This document shows, piece after piece, positions 18,701-28,991 of a DNA stretch of 55,863 nt. Source of the stretch: Nitrospirota bacterium (GTDB taxonomy: Bacteria > Nitrospirota > Thermodesulfovibrionia > Thermodesulfovibrionales > SM23-35). The stretch spans positions 1 to 55,863 of the forward strand of contig JBFMEC010000001.1 in NCBI GenBank assembly GCA_040753575.1, in the 5' to 3' direction. The position numbers were made by a program, and so were the translations under genes. The first letter of the stretch is position 1. Each line of letters begins with the position of its first letter. The notes beneath the pieces were generated by a model that did no database searches, had not been told where the DNA came from, and worked only from the letters and a program-made list of their open reading frames with translations.

Positions 18701-18887
18701 AATAACCAATCACCAAATTACAATGATCAATAAAAAGATAATAACCAATGACCAGGCGCCAATAGCCAAATATGCATGAATGAATAACCAAAGAAGAAAT
18801 CTTATAATTGTCTTTGTTGTTTACTGTTTGGATATTGGTATTTAGTTTGGAATTTATTTGGAGATTGGTTATTGGTGATTGGTTATT
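18701..18887. repeat. 187-bp heptamer-word element with perfect 16-bp terminal inverted repeats
   Basis: AATAACCAATCACCAA (18701-18716) is the exact reverse complement of TTGGTGATTGGTTATT (18872-18887). The interior consists of AATNACC-type words on the left and TTGGNNN-type words on the right. Confidence 0.85.
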
Positions 18888-18908
18888 TGATTTATAAAGG
18901 GGGTTTAG

Positions 18909-19526
18909 ATGGCAAAGATCAGGAATGCACTTATCAGCGTTTCGAACAAGAAAGGTATAGTGGATTTTGCAAAGGAGCTCAATTCAATGGGAGTCAAAAT
19001 AATCTCCACAGGTGGGACAGCGAAGACCCTGAAAGAGTCTGGCATACCAGTAAAAGAAGTTTCGGAACACACCGGGTTTCCAGAGATGCTCGATGGCAGG
19101 GTAAAGACTCTTCATCCGAAAATTCATGGAGGTTTGCTGTCAAGGAGAGATAATCCAAAGGATATGGAAGAGATTAAAAGGTACGGGATCGAACCGATTG
19201 ATATGGTAGTTGTTAATTTGTATCCCTTTGAAGAGACAATCTCAAAGCCAGATGTTACCTTTGCGGAGGCTATTGAAAACATTGATATAGGTGGGCCGGC
19301 GATGCTCCGGTCAGCCTCAAAAAATTTTAAGGATGTGGCTGTCATTGTTGATCCTGAAGACTACGGGAAGATAAGTGAGGAGATGAAAAGACTTGACGGA
19401 GATATCAGTTACAGGACGAGATTGGACCTCGCAAGAAAGGTTTTTAGACATACATCGAGGTACGATGCTATGATAGCGGATTACCTGAGTAAGGTGACAG
19501 GAGAAATTCTAAATTCGAAATCCTAA
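18909..19526 (+). CDS. purH: IMP cyclohydrolase domain protein (N-terminal half of PurH only)
   Basis: 205 aa with [44 protein letters not shown] and [10 protein letters not shown]. The ORF ends at the IMPCH/AICARFT domain boundary, and no AICARFT domain follows. Confidence 0.85.
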   Translation: MAKIRNALISVSNKKGIVDFAKELNSMGVKIISTGGTAKTLKESGIPVKEVSEHTGFPEMLDGRVKTLHPKIHGGLLSRRDNPKDMEEIKRYGIEPIDMVVVNLYPFEETISKPDVTFAEAIENIDIGGPAMLRSASKNFKDVAVIVDPEDYGKISEEMKRLDGDISYRTRLDLARKVFRHTSRYDAMIADYLSKVTGEILNSKS

Positions 19527-19560
19527 ATTCTAAACCTAAACAAATCCAAATTTCAAAATC
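19504..19560. repeat. Heptamer-word block overlapping the purH-N stop codon
   Basis: AAATTCT AAATTCG AAATCCT AAATTCT AAACCTA AACAAAT. The stop TAA at 19524-19526 lies inside a word. Confidence 0.85.
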
Positions 19561-19563
19561 CAA

Positions 19564-19604
19564 CCCCTCTTAATCCCCCTTTGGTAAGGGGGGACTTAGG
19601 GGGG
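19564..19604. repeat. C-run/G-run palindromic element (same type as in uvrA)
   Basis: CCCCTCTTAATCCCCC TTTGGTAA GGGGGG ACTTA GGGGGG, located 16 nt upstream of the purD ATG. Confidence 0.8.
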
Positions 19605-19619
19605 TATTTTGGGAGAGAG

Positions 19620-20876
19620 ATGAAGGTTCTTGTCATTGGTAGCGGAGGGCGTGAACATGCGATCGCCTGGAGGTTGTCGCAGAGCCGACATGTAAACAAG
19701 ATTTACTGTTGCCCGGGTAATGCTGGCATGGCAGAGATTGCCGAGTGCATTGATGTAAGTCCTGCCAACTTTGATACCCTGATAGACTTCGTGAAATACG
19801 AATGGATAGATCTGACAATTGTTGGATCAGAGGGCTCTCTTCTGGAAGGTATTGTTGATGTCTTTGAGAAAGAGGGCTGCAAGATATTCGGTCCCAACAG
19901 AAATGCTGCACAACTTGGATTGAGCAGAGTTTTCGCAAAGGATTTTCTTAGACTTCATAGTCTTCCAACAGCCGAATATAAAATTTTTACTTCCTATCTT
20001 CATGCCGAAGATTATGTGAGGCTGAAGGGAACTCCAATAGTAATAAAGGCTGACAGACACGTTGAGAGAGATGGTCTATTTATAGCTTCGACTATCGAAG
20101 AAGCAACGGATGCCCTCAGGTTGATCATGAGGGACAGGGGATTCGGTGAGCCTGGTAAAGGAGCAATAATAGAGGAAAGTCTTAAAGGGCAGGAGGTGTC
20201 CTTCATGCTATTTATCGATGGAAAAACAATTCTACCACTTCCAAGTTCAAAGAATTACCGTCACCTCTTTGATGATGATAAAGGCCCGCTTACGGAGGGA
20301 ATGGGCGCCTATAGTCCGGAGCCGGTTGTTACGAAAGAAGTCGAGGCAGTTATAATGAAAAAGATAATGTTGCCTCTGAGTAAGGCATTAAATTCTGAGG
20401 GCATAAAATATAAAGGTCTCCTCTATGCAGATCTTATGATAGACAGAGGGAAGCCCTATGTTTTAGATTTAAGGTGTTCCTTTGGAGACCCTGAGACCCA
20501 GACCATGCTTCCAAGACTCAAAACAGATTTTTTTGAAATTGTCTTGGCAACTGTGGAGGAAAGAATAGCTGATGCCACTTTAGAATGGAAACCCAGGACA
20601 TCAGTTTGTGTTGTCATTTCTTCGAAGGGATACCCCGGAAAATATCAGGAAGGGGTGATCATAAGGGGGCTTCAAAAGGCAAAGGCCATGAGAGACGTGG
20701 TACTATTTCATTCCGGCACATCTTTCTTAAATGATGATATTGTTACGGCAGGCGCCAGAGTTGTTTCTTTAACTGCCCTGGGTACCAGCATAAAAGATGC
20801 AAGGACTAAAGCATATGAGGCGGTGGAGAAGATACATTTCGAGGGGATGCATTACAGGAAAGATATCGGGATGTGA
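19620..20876 (+). CDS. purD: Phosphoribosylamine-glycine ligase
   Basis: MKVLVIGSGGREHAIAWRL and an ATP-grasp core. The start is trimmed from 19581 because the extension is encoded by the palindromic repeat. Confidence 0.93.
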   Translation: MKVLVIGSGGREHAIAWRLSQSRHVNKIYCCPGNAGMAEIAECIDVSPANFDTLIDFVKYEWIDLTIVGSEGSLLEGIVDVFEKEGCKIFGPNRNAAQLGLSRVFAKDFLRLHSLPTAEYKIFTSYLHAEDYVRLKGTPIVIKADRHVERDGLFIASTIEEATDALRLIMRDRGFGEPGKGAIIEESLKGQEVSFMLFIDGKTILPLPSSKNYRHLFDDDKGPLTEGMGAYSPEPVVTKEVEAVIMKKIMLPLSKALNSEGIKYKGLLYADLMIDRGKPYVLDLRCSFGDPETQTMLPRLKTDFFEIVLATVEERIADATLEWKPRTSVCVVISSKGYPGKYQEGVIIRGLQKAKAMRDVVLFHSGTSFLNDDIVTAGARVVSLTALGTSIKDARTKAYEAVEKIHFEGMHYRKDIGM

Positions 20877-20878
20877 AA

Positions 20879-20962
20879 AAATCCTAAATTCGAACTTTGA
20901 GCTTTGTTTAGGATTTAGATATTAGGATTTGGTATTTTGGTTATTGGTGTTTGGTTATTATA
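20879..20962. repeat. Hairpin plus heptamer-word block between purD and purE
   Basis: AAATCCTAAA (20879-20888) pairs with TTTAGGATTT (20907-20916). This is followed by GGATTTA GATATTA GGATTTG GTATTTT GGTTATT GGTGTTT GGTTATT. Confidence 0.8.
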
Positions 20963-20978
20963 ATTTTAAGGAGATGAG

Positions 20979-21473
20979 ATGAAACCACAGGTATTGATAG
21001 TCATGGGGAGTGATTCTGACGCACCTGTTATGACCGAGGCAAGTAATATACTCAGAAAGTTCGGAATTTCCTGTGAGATGACTATTGCATCGGCCCATAG
21101 AACTCCGGGACGGGTGATACAACTGGCATCTCAGGCGGAGGAGAAAGGTATCGACGTGATTATTGCAGGTGCAGGCATGGCAGCACACCTGGCAGGTGTG
21201 ATTGCATCACACACAATTATCCCTGTTATAGGTGTACCAATAGATACATCGCCCCTCAATGGCCTTGATTCCTTGTTCGCTACTGTTCAAATGCCTGCCG
21301 GAGTGCCGGTGGCGACAATGGCAATAGGAAAGGCAGGTGCGAAAAATGCCGCAATCCTTTCAGCACAGATTATCGGAAGAAAGAACCCGGAGGTTTTAGA
21401 GAGATTGAAAGAATTCAAGAGAAAGCTTGCCCAGGAGGTCGAGAAAAAGGCTCGAGCCCTGAAAGGACGATGA
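20979..21473 (+). CDS. purE: N5-carboxyaminoimidazole ribonucleotide mutase
   Basis: 164 aa with VLIVMGSDSDAPVM, ASAHRTPGR and AGMAAHLAGV. Confidence 0.93.
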   Translation: MKPQVLIVMGSDSDAPVMTEASNILRKFGISCEMTIASAHRTPGRVIQLASQAEEKGIDVIIAGAGMAAHLAGVIASHTIIPVIGVPIDTSPLNGLDSLFATVQMPAGVPVATMAIGKAGAKNAAILSAQIIGRKNPEVLERLKEFKRKLAQEVEKKARALKGR

Positions 21474-21534
21474 ATGGATATGAGAGTGCACCTTGATTGC
21501 TACGGCTGGATGATAAAAACCAACGCAGGAAAGC

Positions 21535-21840
21535 TTACTTTTTCCCCCTTTTAGTACTGTCTTTCTCCCTTGTTTGGCCTCTGTCGCGTCTTTCCAGAGG
21601 TTTTGCCTCATTAACAACAATATTTCTCTCCAAAAAGGCATTGCCATTAAGCATTGAGATAGCCTTCTGTGCATCTTCCTTTGAGGCCATTTCCACAAAG
21701 CCGAAGCCGCGCATTTTCCCGGTTGCCGCATCTTTAATAAGCTTCACAGAAACAACCTCACCTGCCTTTGAAAACAATTCCCTCACGCTATCTTCCGAAG
21801 CCCTGAAGGAAATATTTCCCACATAGAGCCTTTTACTCAT
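21535..21840 (-). CDS. RRM-type RNA-binding protein
   Basis: 101 aa with RNP-2 LYVGNI and RNP-1 RGFGFVEM, plus a basic C-terminal tail. Confidence 0.9.
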   Translation of the reverse strand: MSKRLYVGNISFRASEDSVRELFSKAGEVVSVKLIKDAATGKMRGFGFVEMASKEDAQKAISMLNGNAFLERNIVVNEAKPLERRDRGQTREKDSTKRGKK

Positions 21841-22002
21841 TCTTCCCCCTTTTCAATCTTAGTTACTAAAAATAACTTGCTAACTATGCACGATGAAGAA
21901 ATCATTTGTCAAGCGACAAGCATCATGAAATTAGTTCTATGGATGCGCCAAACATTGAGTGCGAAATCTGAGCGTTGGTAAGAAGAATATGCGAACGAAA
22001 CC

Positions 22003-23814
22003 CTAAGCATGAACGGTTCTTTTTGACTCTGCTTCCCGAATAATTGCTTCGATTTCAAATCCGTCTACAGTCTCTCTCTCGAGGAGTGCCTTTGCAAGTG
22101 CTTCAAGAAGATCCTTCTTCTCCAGGAGAAGGTTCCTGGCTACATTATAAGCCTCTATCACTATCCTCTTGACCTCCTCGTCTATATCGATTGCTGTTTT
22201 TTCACTGTAATCCTTATGTTTAGCAATCTCACGGCCAAGAAAAATCTGTTCGTCCTTTTTCCCGAAGGTGAGAGGACCGAGTTTATCGGACATACCCCAT
22301 TCAGTGACCATCTTCCTTGCAAGCTCTGTCGCACGTTCGAGGTCGTTACCCGCCCCCGTTGTCATATGGTTCAATGCAATCTCTTCTGCGGCTCTACCTC
22401 CAAGAAAAACAGAGAGGGCCTTCATGAGATAGTCTTTGGAATAAGTATATCTGTCATCGAGAGGGAGTTGTTGTGTAACCCCCAGGGCCCTTCCTCTCGG
22501 TATGATGCTGACCTTATGAATGGGATCTGTACCTGGTAGAAGCTTTGCTACGAGTGCATGACCTGCTTCATGATAGGCTGTATTTCTCTTTTCTGTTTCA
22601 CTTATTATCATGCTTTTTCTTTCCACACCCATCAGTACCTTATCTTTTGCTGCCTCAAAATCAGATATTTCCACCTTACTCTTTGACTTCCTTGCTGCAA
22701 GCAAAGCTGCCTCATTTACAAGGTTTGCCAGGTCAGCACCGGAAAAACCAGGTGTTCCCCGTGCTATCTGTTCAAGACTGATCTTCTCATCAACAGGGAT
22801 ATTCTTCGTATGGACCTTAAGTATTTCAAGCCTACCCTTGACATCAGGCTGTGGCACGACCACCTGCCTGTCAAACCTTCCGGGCCTTAAGAGAGCTGGA
22901 TCAAGGACGTCAGGCCTGTTTGTGGCGGCAATAATGATAACACCCTGGTTGCTCTCAAAACCATCCATTTCTACGAGAAGCTGGTTTAAGGTCTGTTCGC
23001 GTTCATCATGCCCACCACCCAAACCTGCTCCTCTGTGGCGGCCTACCGCATCTATCTCATCAATAAAAATTATACAGGGTGCATTCTTCTTTGCCTGGTC
23101 AAAAAGGTCTCTAACCCTTGATGCACCAACTCCCACAAACATCTCCACGAAGTCAGAGCCTGATATGGAGAAGAAGGGCACTCCTGCTTCACCTGCTATA
23201 GCCCTTGCAAGGAGGGTCTTGCCTGTTCCTGGTGCGCCCACGAGAAGTACACCTTTAGGAATTTTACCTCCCAGTTTCTGAAATTTCTGCGGATCCTTCA
23301 GAAAGTCAATGATCTCCTGAACCTCACCTTTAGCTTCTTCTACGCCTGCAACATCGGCAAAGGTTATCTTTACTGACTTTTCGGATACGAGCTTTGCCCT
23401 TGCCTTACCAAAGGATAAGGCCTTGTTGCCACCCGCCTGCATCTGACGCATAAAGAATATCCAGACAGCAATCAGGACGATTATGGGGCCCCAGGAGAGG
23501 AATACATTCCAATACCAGGGATTTTGGTCTGCCGGTTTTGCAGTGATCCTTACGTTTTTGGACATCAAAATCTTTATAAGGTCAGGATATTCGGTAGTGT
23601 AGGTTTTAAAACCCTTACCGTCTTTAAATCGGCCCGTTATCTGGCTATCTTTTATAACTACTTCTTCAACCTCACCCGCTTCAAGCCTGGATATGAAGTC
23701 AGAAAATATTATTTCCTCAACAGCTTTTCTGGGTGTACTGAAAAGATTGAAGAGGATTATCATCATTATCCCGATCAATAACCAGACAAAGAGATTTCTG
23801 TAAACGTTCAACAA
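22003..23814 (-). CDS. ftsH: ATP-dependent zinc metalloprotease FtsH
   Basis: 603 aa. Two N-terminal TM segments, AAA Walker [15 protein letters not shown], and the zinc site HEAGHA. Confidence 0.97.
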   Translation of the reverse strand: MLNVYRNLFVWLLIGIMMIILFNLFSTPRKAVEEIIFSDFISRLEAGEVEEVVIKDSQITGRFKDGKGFKTYTTEYPDLIKILMSKNVRITAKPADQNPWYWNVFLSWGPIIVLIAVWIFFMRQMQAGGNKALSFGKARAKLVSEKSVKITFADVAGVEEAKGEVQEIIDFLKDPQKFQKLGGKIPKGVLLVGAPGTGKTLLARAIAGEAGVPFFSISGSDFVEMFVGVGASRVRDLFDQAKKNAPCIIFIDEIDAVGRHRGAGLGGGHDEREQTLNQLLVEMDGFESNQGVIIIAATNRPDVLDPALLRPGRFDRQVVVPQPDVKGRLEILKVHTKNIPVDEKISLEQIARGTPGFSGADLANLVNEAALLAARKSKSKVEISDFEAAKDKVLMGVERKSMIISETEKRNTAYHEAGHALVAKLLPGTDPIHKVSIIPRGRALGVTQQLPLDDRYTYSKDYLMKALSVFLGGRAAEEIALNHMTTGAGNDLERATELARKMVTEWGMSDKLGPLTFGKKDEQIFLGREIAKHKDYSEKTAIDIDEEVKRIVIEAYNVARNLLLEKKDLLEALAKALLERETVDGFEIEAIIREAESKRTVHA

Positions 23815-23844
23815 TTCCTCCTGAATCAGAACTATTCTATTTTA

Positions 23845-24597
23845 TCATATCAAAAGACCATTTTCAGAAAGCTGCTCCATATCACTTCCCAGTAGCTTTT
23901 TCTGGACTTTAATAAGACTGCCTATACCCTCTTCTGCGAGTTTTATAAGATTGTCAAGTATTTCCTTCGAAAAGGGCATACCCTCGGCAGTACCCTGTAT
24001 CTCGACCAGTCTTCCCTCTCCTGTCATAACAATATTCATATCCACCTCGGCAATTGAATCCTCGAGATAAGAGAGATCGATCCTTGGTTCTCCGTTTACA
24101 ACTCCTACGCTTATAGCGGCAAGATAGTCATTAATGGGTGTCTTATCAATGAGCCCATTTCTCAAGGCATATTTCATCGCATCTGATAGGCAAATAAATG
24201 CACCACTAATAGCCACTGTTCTTGTGCCTCCGTCTGCCTGTATGACGTCACAGTCTATCCAGATCGTTCTTTCACCAAGGATCGAAAGGTCAACAACAGA
24301 CCTGAGGGCCCTTCCTATTAGCCTCTGTATCTCATGAGTTCTTCCGCTAATCCTTCCTGTACTGGATTCCCTTATAAGTCGTGTTTGAGTTGCCCTCGGG
24401 ATCATAGAGTACTCGGCCGTTATCCACCCTCTCTTCTGATCCTTTAGAAAAGGAGGAACCTTGTCCTCAATTGAGGCAGTGCATATTACTCTTGTATTTC
24501 CCATTTCGATCAAAACAGAACCCTCCGCCGCTTTTATGAAATTCCGATGGATCTTAATGCTGCGTATCTCATTATTCTTTCTGCCATCAGGCCTCAT
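23845..24597 (-). CDS. rph: Ribonuclease PH
   Basis: 250 aa with [26 protein letters not shown] and [16 protein letters not shown]. Confidence 0.93.
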   Translation of the reverse strand: MRPDGRKNNEIRSIKIHRNFIKAAEGSVLIEMGNTRVICTASIEDKVPPFLKDQKRGWITAEYSMIPRATQTRLIRESSTGRISGRTHEIQRLIGRALRSVVDLSILGERTIWIDCDVIQADGGTRTVAISGAFICLSDAMKYALRNGLIDKTPINDYLAAISVGVVNGEPRIDLSYLEDSIAEVDMNIVMTGEGRLVEIQGTAEGMPFSKEILDNLIKLAEEGIGSLIKVQKKLLGSDMEQLSENGLLI

Positions 24598-24610
24598 CTA
24601 TCCTCCATTT

Positions 24611-24782
24611 TTAATAACCAATTTTAATAACCAAACATTAAAATTCTAAATTTCGGGCACTAAATCCCAAACAAATCCAAAATCCTAAATTCAAATGTCT
24701 GGAATCCAGAAAGTTTTGAGCGGTTGAAGTTTGAATTTAGAATTTTTCACTTCGTTTGTTTCTTGTTTGGTCATGGTTATTT
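24611..24782. repeat. Long imperfect palindrome built from heptamer words (rph-murI spacer)
   Basis: The left arm is TTAATAA CCAATTT TAATAAC CAAACAT TAAAATT CTAAATT ... AATCCTA AATTCAA. The right arm is TTTGAATTTAGAATTT ... TTGGTCATGGTTATT. Confidence 0.75.
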
Positions 24783-24792
24783 CAGAGTACCT

Positions 24793-25638
24793 CTAACTAC
24801 CCACTGATATTTTTTCGATATGCTCTATTTTCTGCTCCAGAAACCTTTCCCCTATTTTAATGAATCTCTCCGGTGAATCAGTCACATAGAACTCTCTTAC
24901 TGGTTTTTCTTTATCTTCCCTTTTGAAACTGCCAATTTCAAGAATTTTTTTTATTTCCTTTGCTACCTCTACAGCTGAGTCGATAAGTTTTATATCACTT
25001 CCCATCACTTCTGATATAACACTTTTCAATAAAGGATAATGTGTGCATCCAAGGACGAGGGTATCAATGCCTTTATTTTTCATTTTCTGCAGATATTTTT
25101 CGGCAATAAGAGTGACAATGTCTCCTTCCGTCCATCCTTCTTCTACGAGGGGCACGAAAAGAGGACAGGGCTGACTGAATACTTCGACATCCCCGTCAAT
25201 AGTTTTGATCAACTTTGTATAGGAATTGCTCCTTATTGTTGCCTCGGTGCCTATGATCCCGACTCTCTTACTCCGGGTGTATCTAACAGCTGCCTTTGCT
25301 CCCGGCTCGATGACGCCGACCACGGGGATCGAAAGGCTCTCTTTGATGGCGTACAGGCTGACCGAGGAGGCGGTGTTACAAGCCACCACCAGGAGTTTGA
25401 TATCTTTCGAAAAAAGAAATCTTGTGTTTTCAAAGGAATATCTTGTCACAGCCTCAGGAGACCTTATACCGTAAGGTACCCTTCCGGTATCTCCCAGATA
25501 AATGGTATTTTCTCCGGGAAGTTGCTCTATTATCTCCTTTAAGACGGTGAGTCCGCCTATCCCTGAGTCAAAGACGCCGATGGGCCTGTTTCTCTTTTCA
25601 CCAGGGAATTCCATTCTAAGAATATGGCAGTCATTCAA
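24793..25638 (-). CDS. murI: Glutamate racemase
   Basis: PIGVFDSGIGGLTV, VVACNTAS and LGCTHYP. The start may instead be the internal Met9. Confidence 0.9.
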   Translation of the reverse strand: MNDCHILRMEFPGEKRNRPIGVFDSGIGGLTVLKEIIEQLPGENTIYLGDTGRVPYGIRSPEAVTRYSFENTRFLFSKDIKLLVVACNTASSVSLYAIKESLSIPVVGVIEPGAKAAVRYTRSKRVGIIGTEATIRSNSYTKLIKTIDGDVEVFSQPCPLFVPLVEEGWTEGDIVTLIAEKYLQKMKNKGIDTLVLGCTHYPLLKSVISEVMGSDIKLIDSAVEVAKEIKKILEIGSFKREDKEKPVREFYVTDSPERFIKIGERFLEQKIEHIEKISVGS

Positions 25639-26218
25639 TGCCTTTTCCTTCTACAAGTTCATGAGAAACTATATTTTTCAGGGGATAGGAAAGATAGAGA
25701 TGGCCTCCGAGCGTTTCTATTTCCCTACCCTCTATCAGGATTTTTACGTCCTCTATGTCCTGAACATTTGCGGTTAGGCTTTCATATAATCCCTTAAGAA
25801 GAAAAAATTCTATTTTAGCATCACCTTGAAAATTTCTCCTGAATTCATCCGACAGGTCAACATAGATTATATTGTCAGCATCTCTGTAAAGACCAAGAAG
25901 TTTCGTATCTTTTGGTATACTTGACTTTGTTTTAGCGGCGGTACTCCGAAGGTATTCTTCAACGACAGCTTCAGCAATTGCGGTCAGGTTTGTCTTCCTC
26001 GGAACTTTTTTCTCCTCGACCTTGATCTGATCATCTTCGGGAAAATAGATCCTAAGAGAAAGGACGTCTCCGACTTTATCTGATGGTTCTCGTGTCTGCT
26101 CTCCGGATAGCCTGGCTCTATCGGAGAAAGCCTTTGAGAAATAAAGATATCCTGCCACGACACCTGCCGAGAATAATAAAACCAAAAATATCAGGACTGA
26201 TATTTTCCTGATATTCAT
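25631..26218 (-). CDS. GerMN-domain lipoprotein-like protein
   Basis: 195 aa with a signal/TM N-terminus. Its position between the amidase gene and murI is typical for GerM-like genes. Sequence support is weak. Confidence 0.45.
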   Translation of the reverse strand: MNIRKISVLIFLVLLFSAGVVAGYLYFSKAFSDRARLSGEQTREPSDKVGDVLSLRIYFPEDDQIKVEEKKVPRKTNLTAIAEAVVEEYLRSTAAKTKSSIPKDTKLLGLYRDADNIIYVDLSDEFRRNFQGDAKIEFFLLKGLYESLTANVQDIEDVKILIEGREIETLGGHLYLSYPLKNIVSHELVEGKGIE

Positions 26219-27150
26219 GATGACCTTTCATATGATGAAATTCCATTCAGAATCGAATCGATCAGCCTTGCCCTCATGGCCTGGTCGTAAACTGCAAATC
26301 CTGGGGCGGGGAATTCGATCATTACAGCAGGGGCCCCAGTTGAATTAAGTATCGGAAGGGAGATTTCTCTATAAACAATGTTGACCTGGAAATCATCCTT
26401 TATAGCCTTACCAAGGTTATCTGAAAGGGCCTTACTTTTCCCGATATATTTTTTCTGTCTTGAGGAAATACTGTAAATTTCAGAAATTTCATTAGAGCCT
26501 TTGTCTTCAACCTCCGGGACATTAAGGACAAAATTCTCCGACATTGAAGAATGGAGGCTGATAAAGAGATCGGGATTTTTCTGGTTAACAAATCCTATTC
26601 TATCGATGAGCGACATATACTGGTCAACCTTGCGGGTAAGAAAGACCCTTTTCCCTCGTTTTGAAAGGGCTGCACTTAAGTCTTTAGCCAGATTAAGGCT
26701 TATATCCTTCTCCCGAAATTCTTGGAAAATAATTCCAGAATCATAACCTCCATGTCCGGGATCAATCACAAAGGTCTTAGAAAGGATCGGTGAAGTCTGC
26801 TTCTCCATTGTTTGTATGTCAATTACAAGCCTCGGGGGAGACATGAGTCTTAAAATCTTGACCTCTCCCCTGTCTTTTAAATTTATTAGCAATATTTTAT
26901 CCTTTGACACTGCCTCAAGCGGAAAATCTTTCGGCATAGCAAGATTGAAAGAGCCGGGGAATTCCAGCTTTATCTGGCTGGATAGAACAGCAGCATTTGT
27001 TCTCTTAAGAAAAGACTCATCGGCCTCAAGGACTATTCGTATAAGTCCTTCTTTACTGCTTGATCTCAGAAGAATCTCTGTCTTTGTCTCACCAAAAAGG
27101 GATATTGTTAGAGCAAAAAATGCTATCACTAAAAATATATTTTTTTTCAT
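26215..27150 (-). CDS. N-acetylmuramoyl-L-alanine amidase (AMIN + Amidase_3)
   Basis: 311 aa with a signal peptide, VIDPGHGGYDSG, FISLHS and an AMIN-like N-terminal domain. Confidence 0.8.
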   Translation of the reverse strand: MKKNIFLVIAFFALTISLFGETKTEILLRSSSKEGLIRIVLEADESFLKRTNAAVLSSQIKLEFPGSFNLAMPKDFPLEAVSKDKILLINLKDRGEVKILRLMSPPRLVIDIQTMEKQTSPILSKTFVIDPGHGGYDSGIIFQEFREKDISLNLAKDLSAALSKRGKRVFLTRKVDQYMSLIDRIGFVNQKNPDLFISLHSSMSENFVLNVPEVEDKGSNEISEIYSISSRQKKYIGKSKALSDNLGKAIKDDFQVNIVYREISLPILNSTGAPAVMIEFPAPGFAVYDQAMRARLIDSILNGISSYERSS

Positions 27151-27164
27151 GGCGACGATCTCTT

Positions 27165-28127
27165 TTAAACTATTCCCTGCTTCAAAATATCATGGAGGTG
27201 GATAATGCCGATAGCCTTTCCCTCCCTATCAGGTACAACCAGGGCTGTTATTGAGTAACTTTCCATAATGGATAATGCCTTTGCTGCAAGTTCTTCCTCA
27301 GATACAGTCTTAGGACTTTTTGTCATAACTTCTTCCGCAATCATTTCAAAGAGCTTTCCACCCCACTTTTCAATCCCTCTTCTTAAATCTCCATCCGTTA
27401 TCACCCCTGTGAGCCTGCCGTTATCATCCAGGACAATGGTATGACCGAGCCTCTTTGAAGACATCTCAATCACTGCCTTTGACATAGGTGTTCCCATGGT
27501 GACCTTAGGGATCTCATCCCCTATATGCATGAGGTCTTTCACCTTTATAAAAAACTTCTTGCCGATCCTTCCTCCGGGGTGAAAAAGGGCAAAATCCTGC
27601 TCTTTGAATCCCCTCTTCATGAGTAATGATACTGCTAAGGCATCACCCATTGCCATGGCCGCTGTAGTAGATGCAGTGGGCACAATGCCGAGAGTGCATG
27701 CCTCTTCTTTCACCGACACATCAAGAGTAACATCTGCTGCCTTCGAAAGACTCGATTCAGGATTACCCGTTACAGAAATGAGGTGGACGTTAAATCTCTT
27801 CAAAAAAGGTATTAATTCTATTATTTCCTCAGTCTCACCGCTATTTGATATGGCTATTATAACGTCATCAGATGTTACCATCCCAAGATCCCCATGGCCT
27901 GCCTCAGCAGGGTGTAGAAAGAAGGCCGGTGTGCCCGTAGACGCCAGGGTTGCAGCTATCTTTTTGCCAACAAGACCGGACTTACCCATGCCGGTCACCA
28001 CGACTCTACCCTTGCTGGCATAGAGAAGCTCAACGGCCTTTTCAAAATTACTATTAAGCTTATCAATAAGGTTAAGTATTGCCTCGGCCTCAATCTTCAG
28101 GACACGCTTTGCATCATCAAGGATCAT
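27165..28127 (-). CDS. kdsD: Arabinose-5-phosphate isomerase (SIS + 2xCBS)
   Basis: 320 aa with GRVVVTGMGKSG, SNSGETEE and C-terminal CBS pairs. Confidence 0.9.
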   Translation of the reverse strand: MILDDAKRVLKIEAEAILNLIDKLNSNFEKAVELLYASKGRVVVTGMGKSGLVGKKIAATLASTGTPAFFLHPAEAGHGDLGMVTSDDVIIAISNSGETEEIIELIPFLKRFNVHLISVTGNPESSLSKAADVTLDVSVKEEACTLGIVPTASTTAAMAMGDALAVSLLMKRGFKEQDFALFHPGGRIGKKFFIKVKDLMHIGDEIPKVTMGTPMSKAVIEMSSKRLGHTIVLDDNGRLTGVITDGDLRRGIEKWGGKLFEMIAEEVMTKSPKTVSEEELAAKALSIMESYSITALVVPDREGKAIGIIHLHDILKQGIV

Positions 28128-28137
28128 TTCTCTCAGA

Positions 28138-28965
28138 TTATCCCCGGGACTGAATAATTGACCATATATTCTTAACGTCCTTCAACAAATTCTCCAATTC
28201 GTCCAATGATATCATATTCGGCCCATCACATAATGCCTTATCCGGTTCAGGATGTACTTCCAGGAATAAACCGTCAACGCCAACCGCCACAGCTGCCTTT
28301 GCGAGGGTTGGAGCGAATTCCCTCTGTCCGCCTGAGCTTTTACCCATTCCACCAGGGAGCTGAAGGCTGTGGGTTACGTCGAGAATAACAGGGTATCCAA
28401 AGGATCGCATAATGGGTAATGCCCTGAAATCAACAATGAAATTGTTATATCCAAAGGAAGTGCCCCGCTCGGTTATGAATATATTATGATTTCCCGTTGA
28501 CACGAACTTCTCTATTATGTTCTTTATATCCCACGGTGCAAGAAACTGTCCCTTTTTGACATTTACAGGTTTTCCGGTAATTGATGCTGACAGGATCAAG
28601 TCTGTTTGCCGGCACAGAAAGGCTGGTATCTGCAATACATCAAGAACCTCTGCAGCAGGTTTTACCTCCTCTACTGAATGGATGTCAGAAATTATTGATA
28701 TATCAAACTTGTTCCGCACGTCGGAAAGGATTCTTAATCCCTTTTCTATGCCAGGTCCTCTGAAGGAAGAAAGAGAGGTTCGATTTGCCTTATCATAGGA
28801 GCTTTTAAATAAAATGGGGAGGCCAAGTCCTTTGCATATTTCCTTAAGTCTTTTCGCAGTAAAAAATACAATATCCTCACTTTCAATGACACATGGACCT
28901 GCAATAATTAAGAGGGGATTGTTCCCCCCGAGCTTTGTGTTCGCTATGCTTATTTCCCGTGTCAC
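28138..28965 (-). CDS. kdsA: 3-deoxy-8-phosphooctulonate synthase
   Basis: 275 aa with IAGPCVIES, FKSSYDKANR and DVTHSLQLPGG. Confidence 0.93.
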   Translation of the reverse strand: MTREISIANTKLGGNNPLLIIAGPCVIESEDIVFFTAKRLKEICKGLGLPILFKSSYDKANRTSLSSFRGPGIEKGLRILSDVRNKFDISIISDIHSVEEVKPAAEVLDVLQIPAFLCRQTDLILSASITGKPVNVKKGQFLAPWDIKNIIEKFVSTGNHNIFITERGTSFGYNNFIVDFRALPIMRSFGYPVILDVTHSLQLPGGMGKSSGGQREFAPTLAKAAVAVGVDGLFLEVHPEPDKALCDGPNMISLDELENLLKDVKNIWSIIQSRG

Positions 28966-28991
28966 AATTTAATTTAAATAATGAAATTATA

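Noticed and set aside
24787-24798. Shared 12-mer GTACCTCTAACT at 24787-24798 and 29036-29047
   Set aside because: In a 56-kb window, dozens of exact 12-mer coincidences are expected by chance (roughly N squared / 2 / 4^12). The flanks do not extend the match convincingly.
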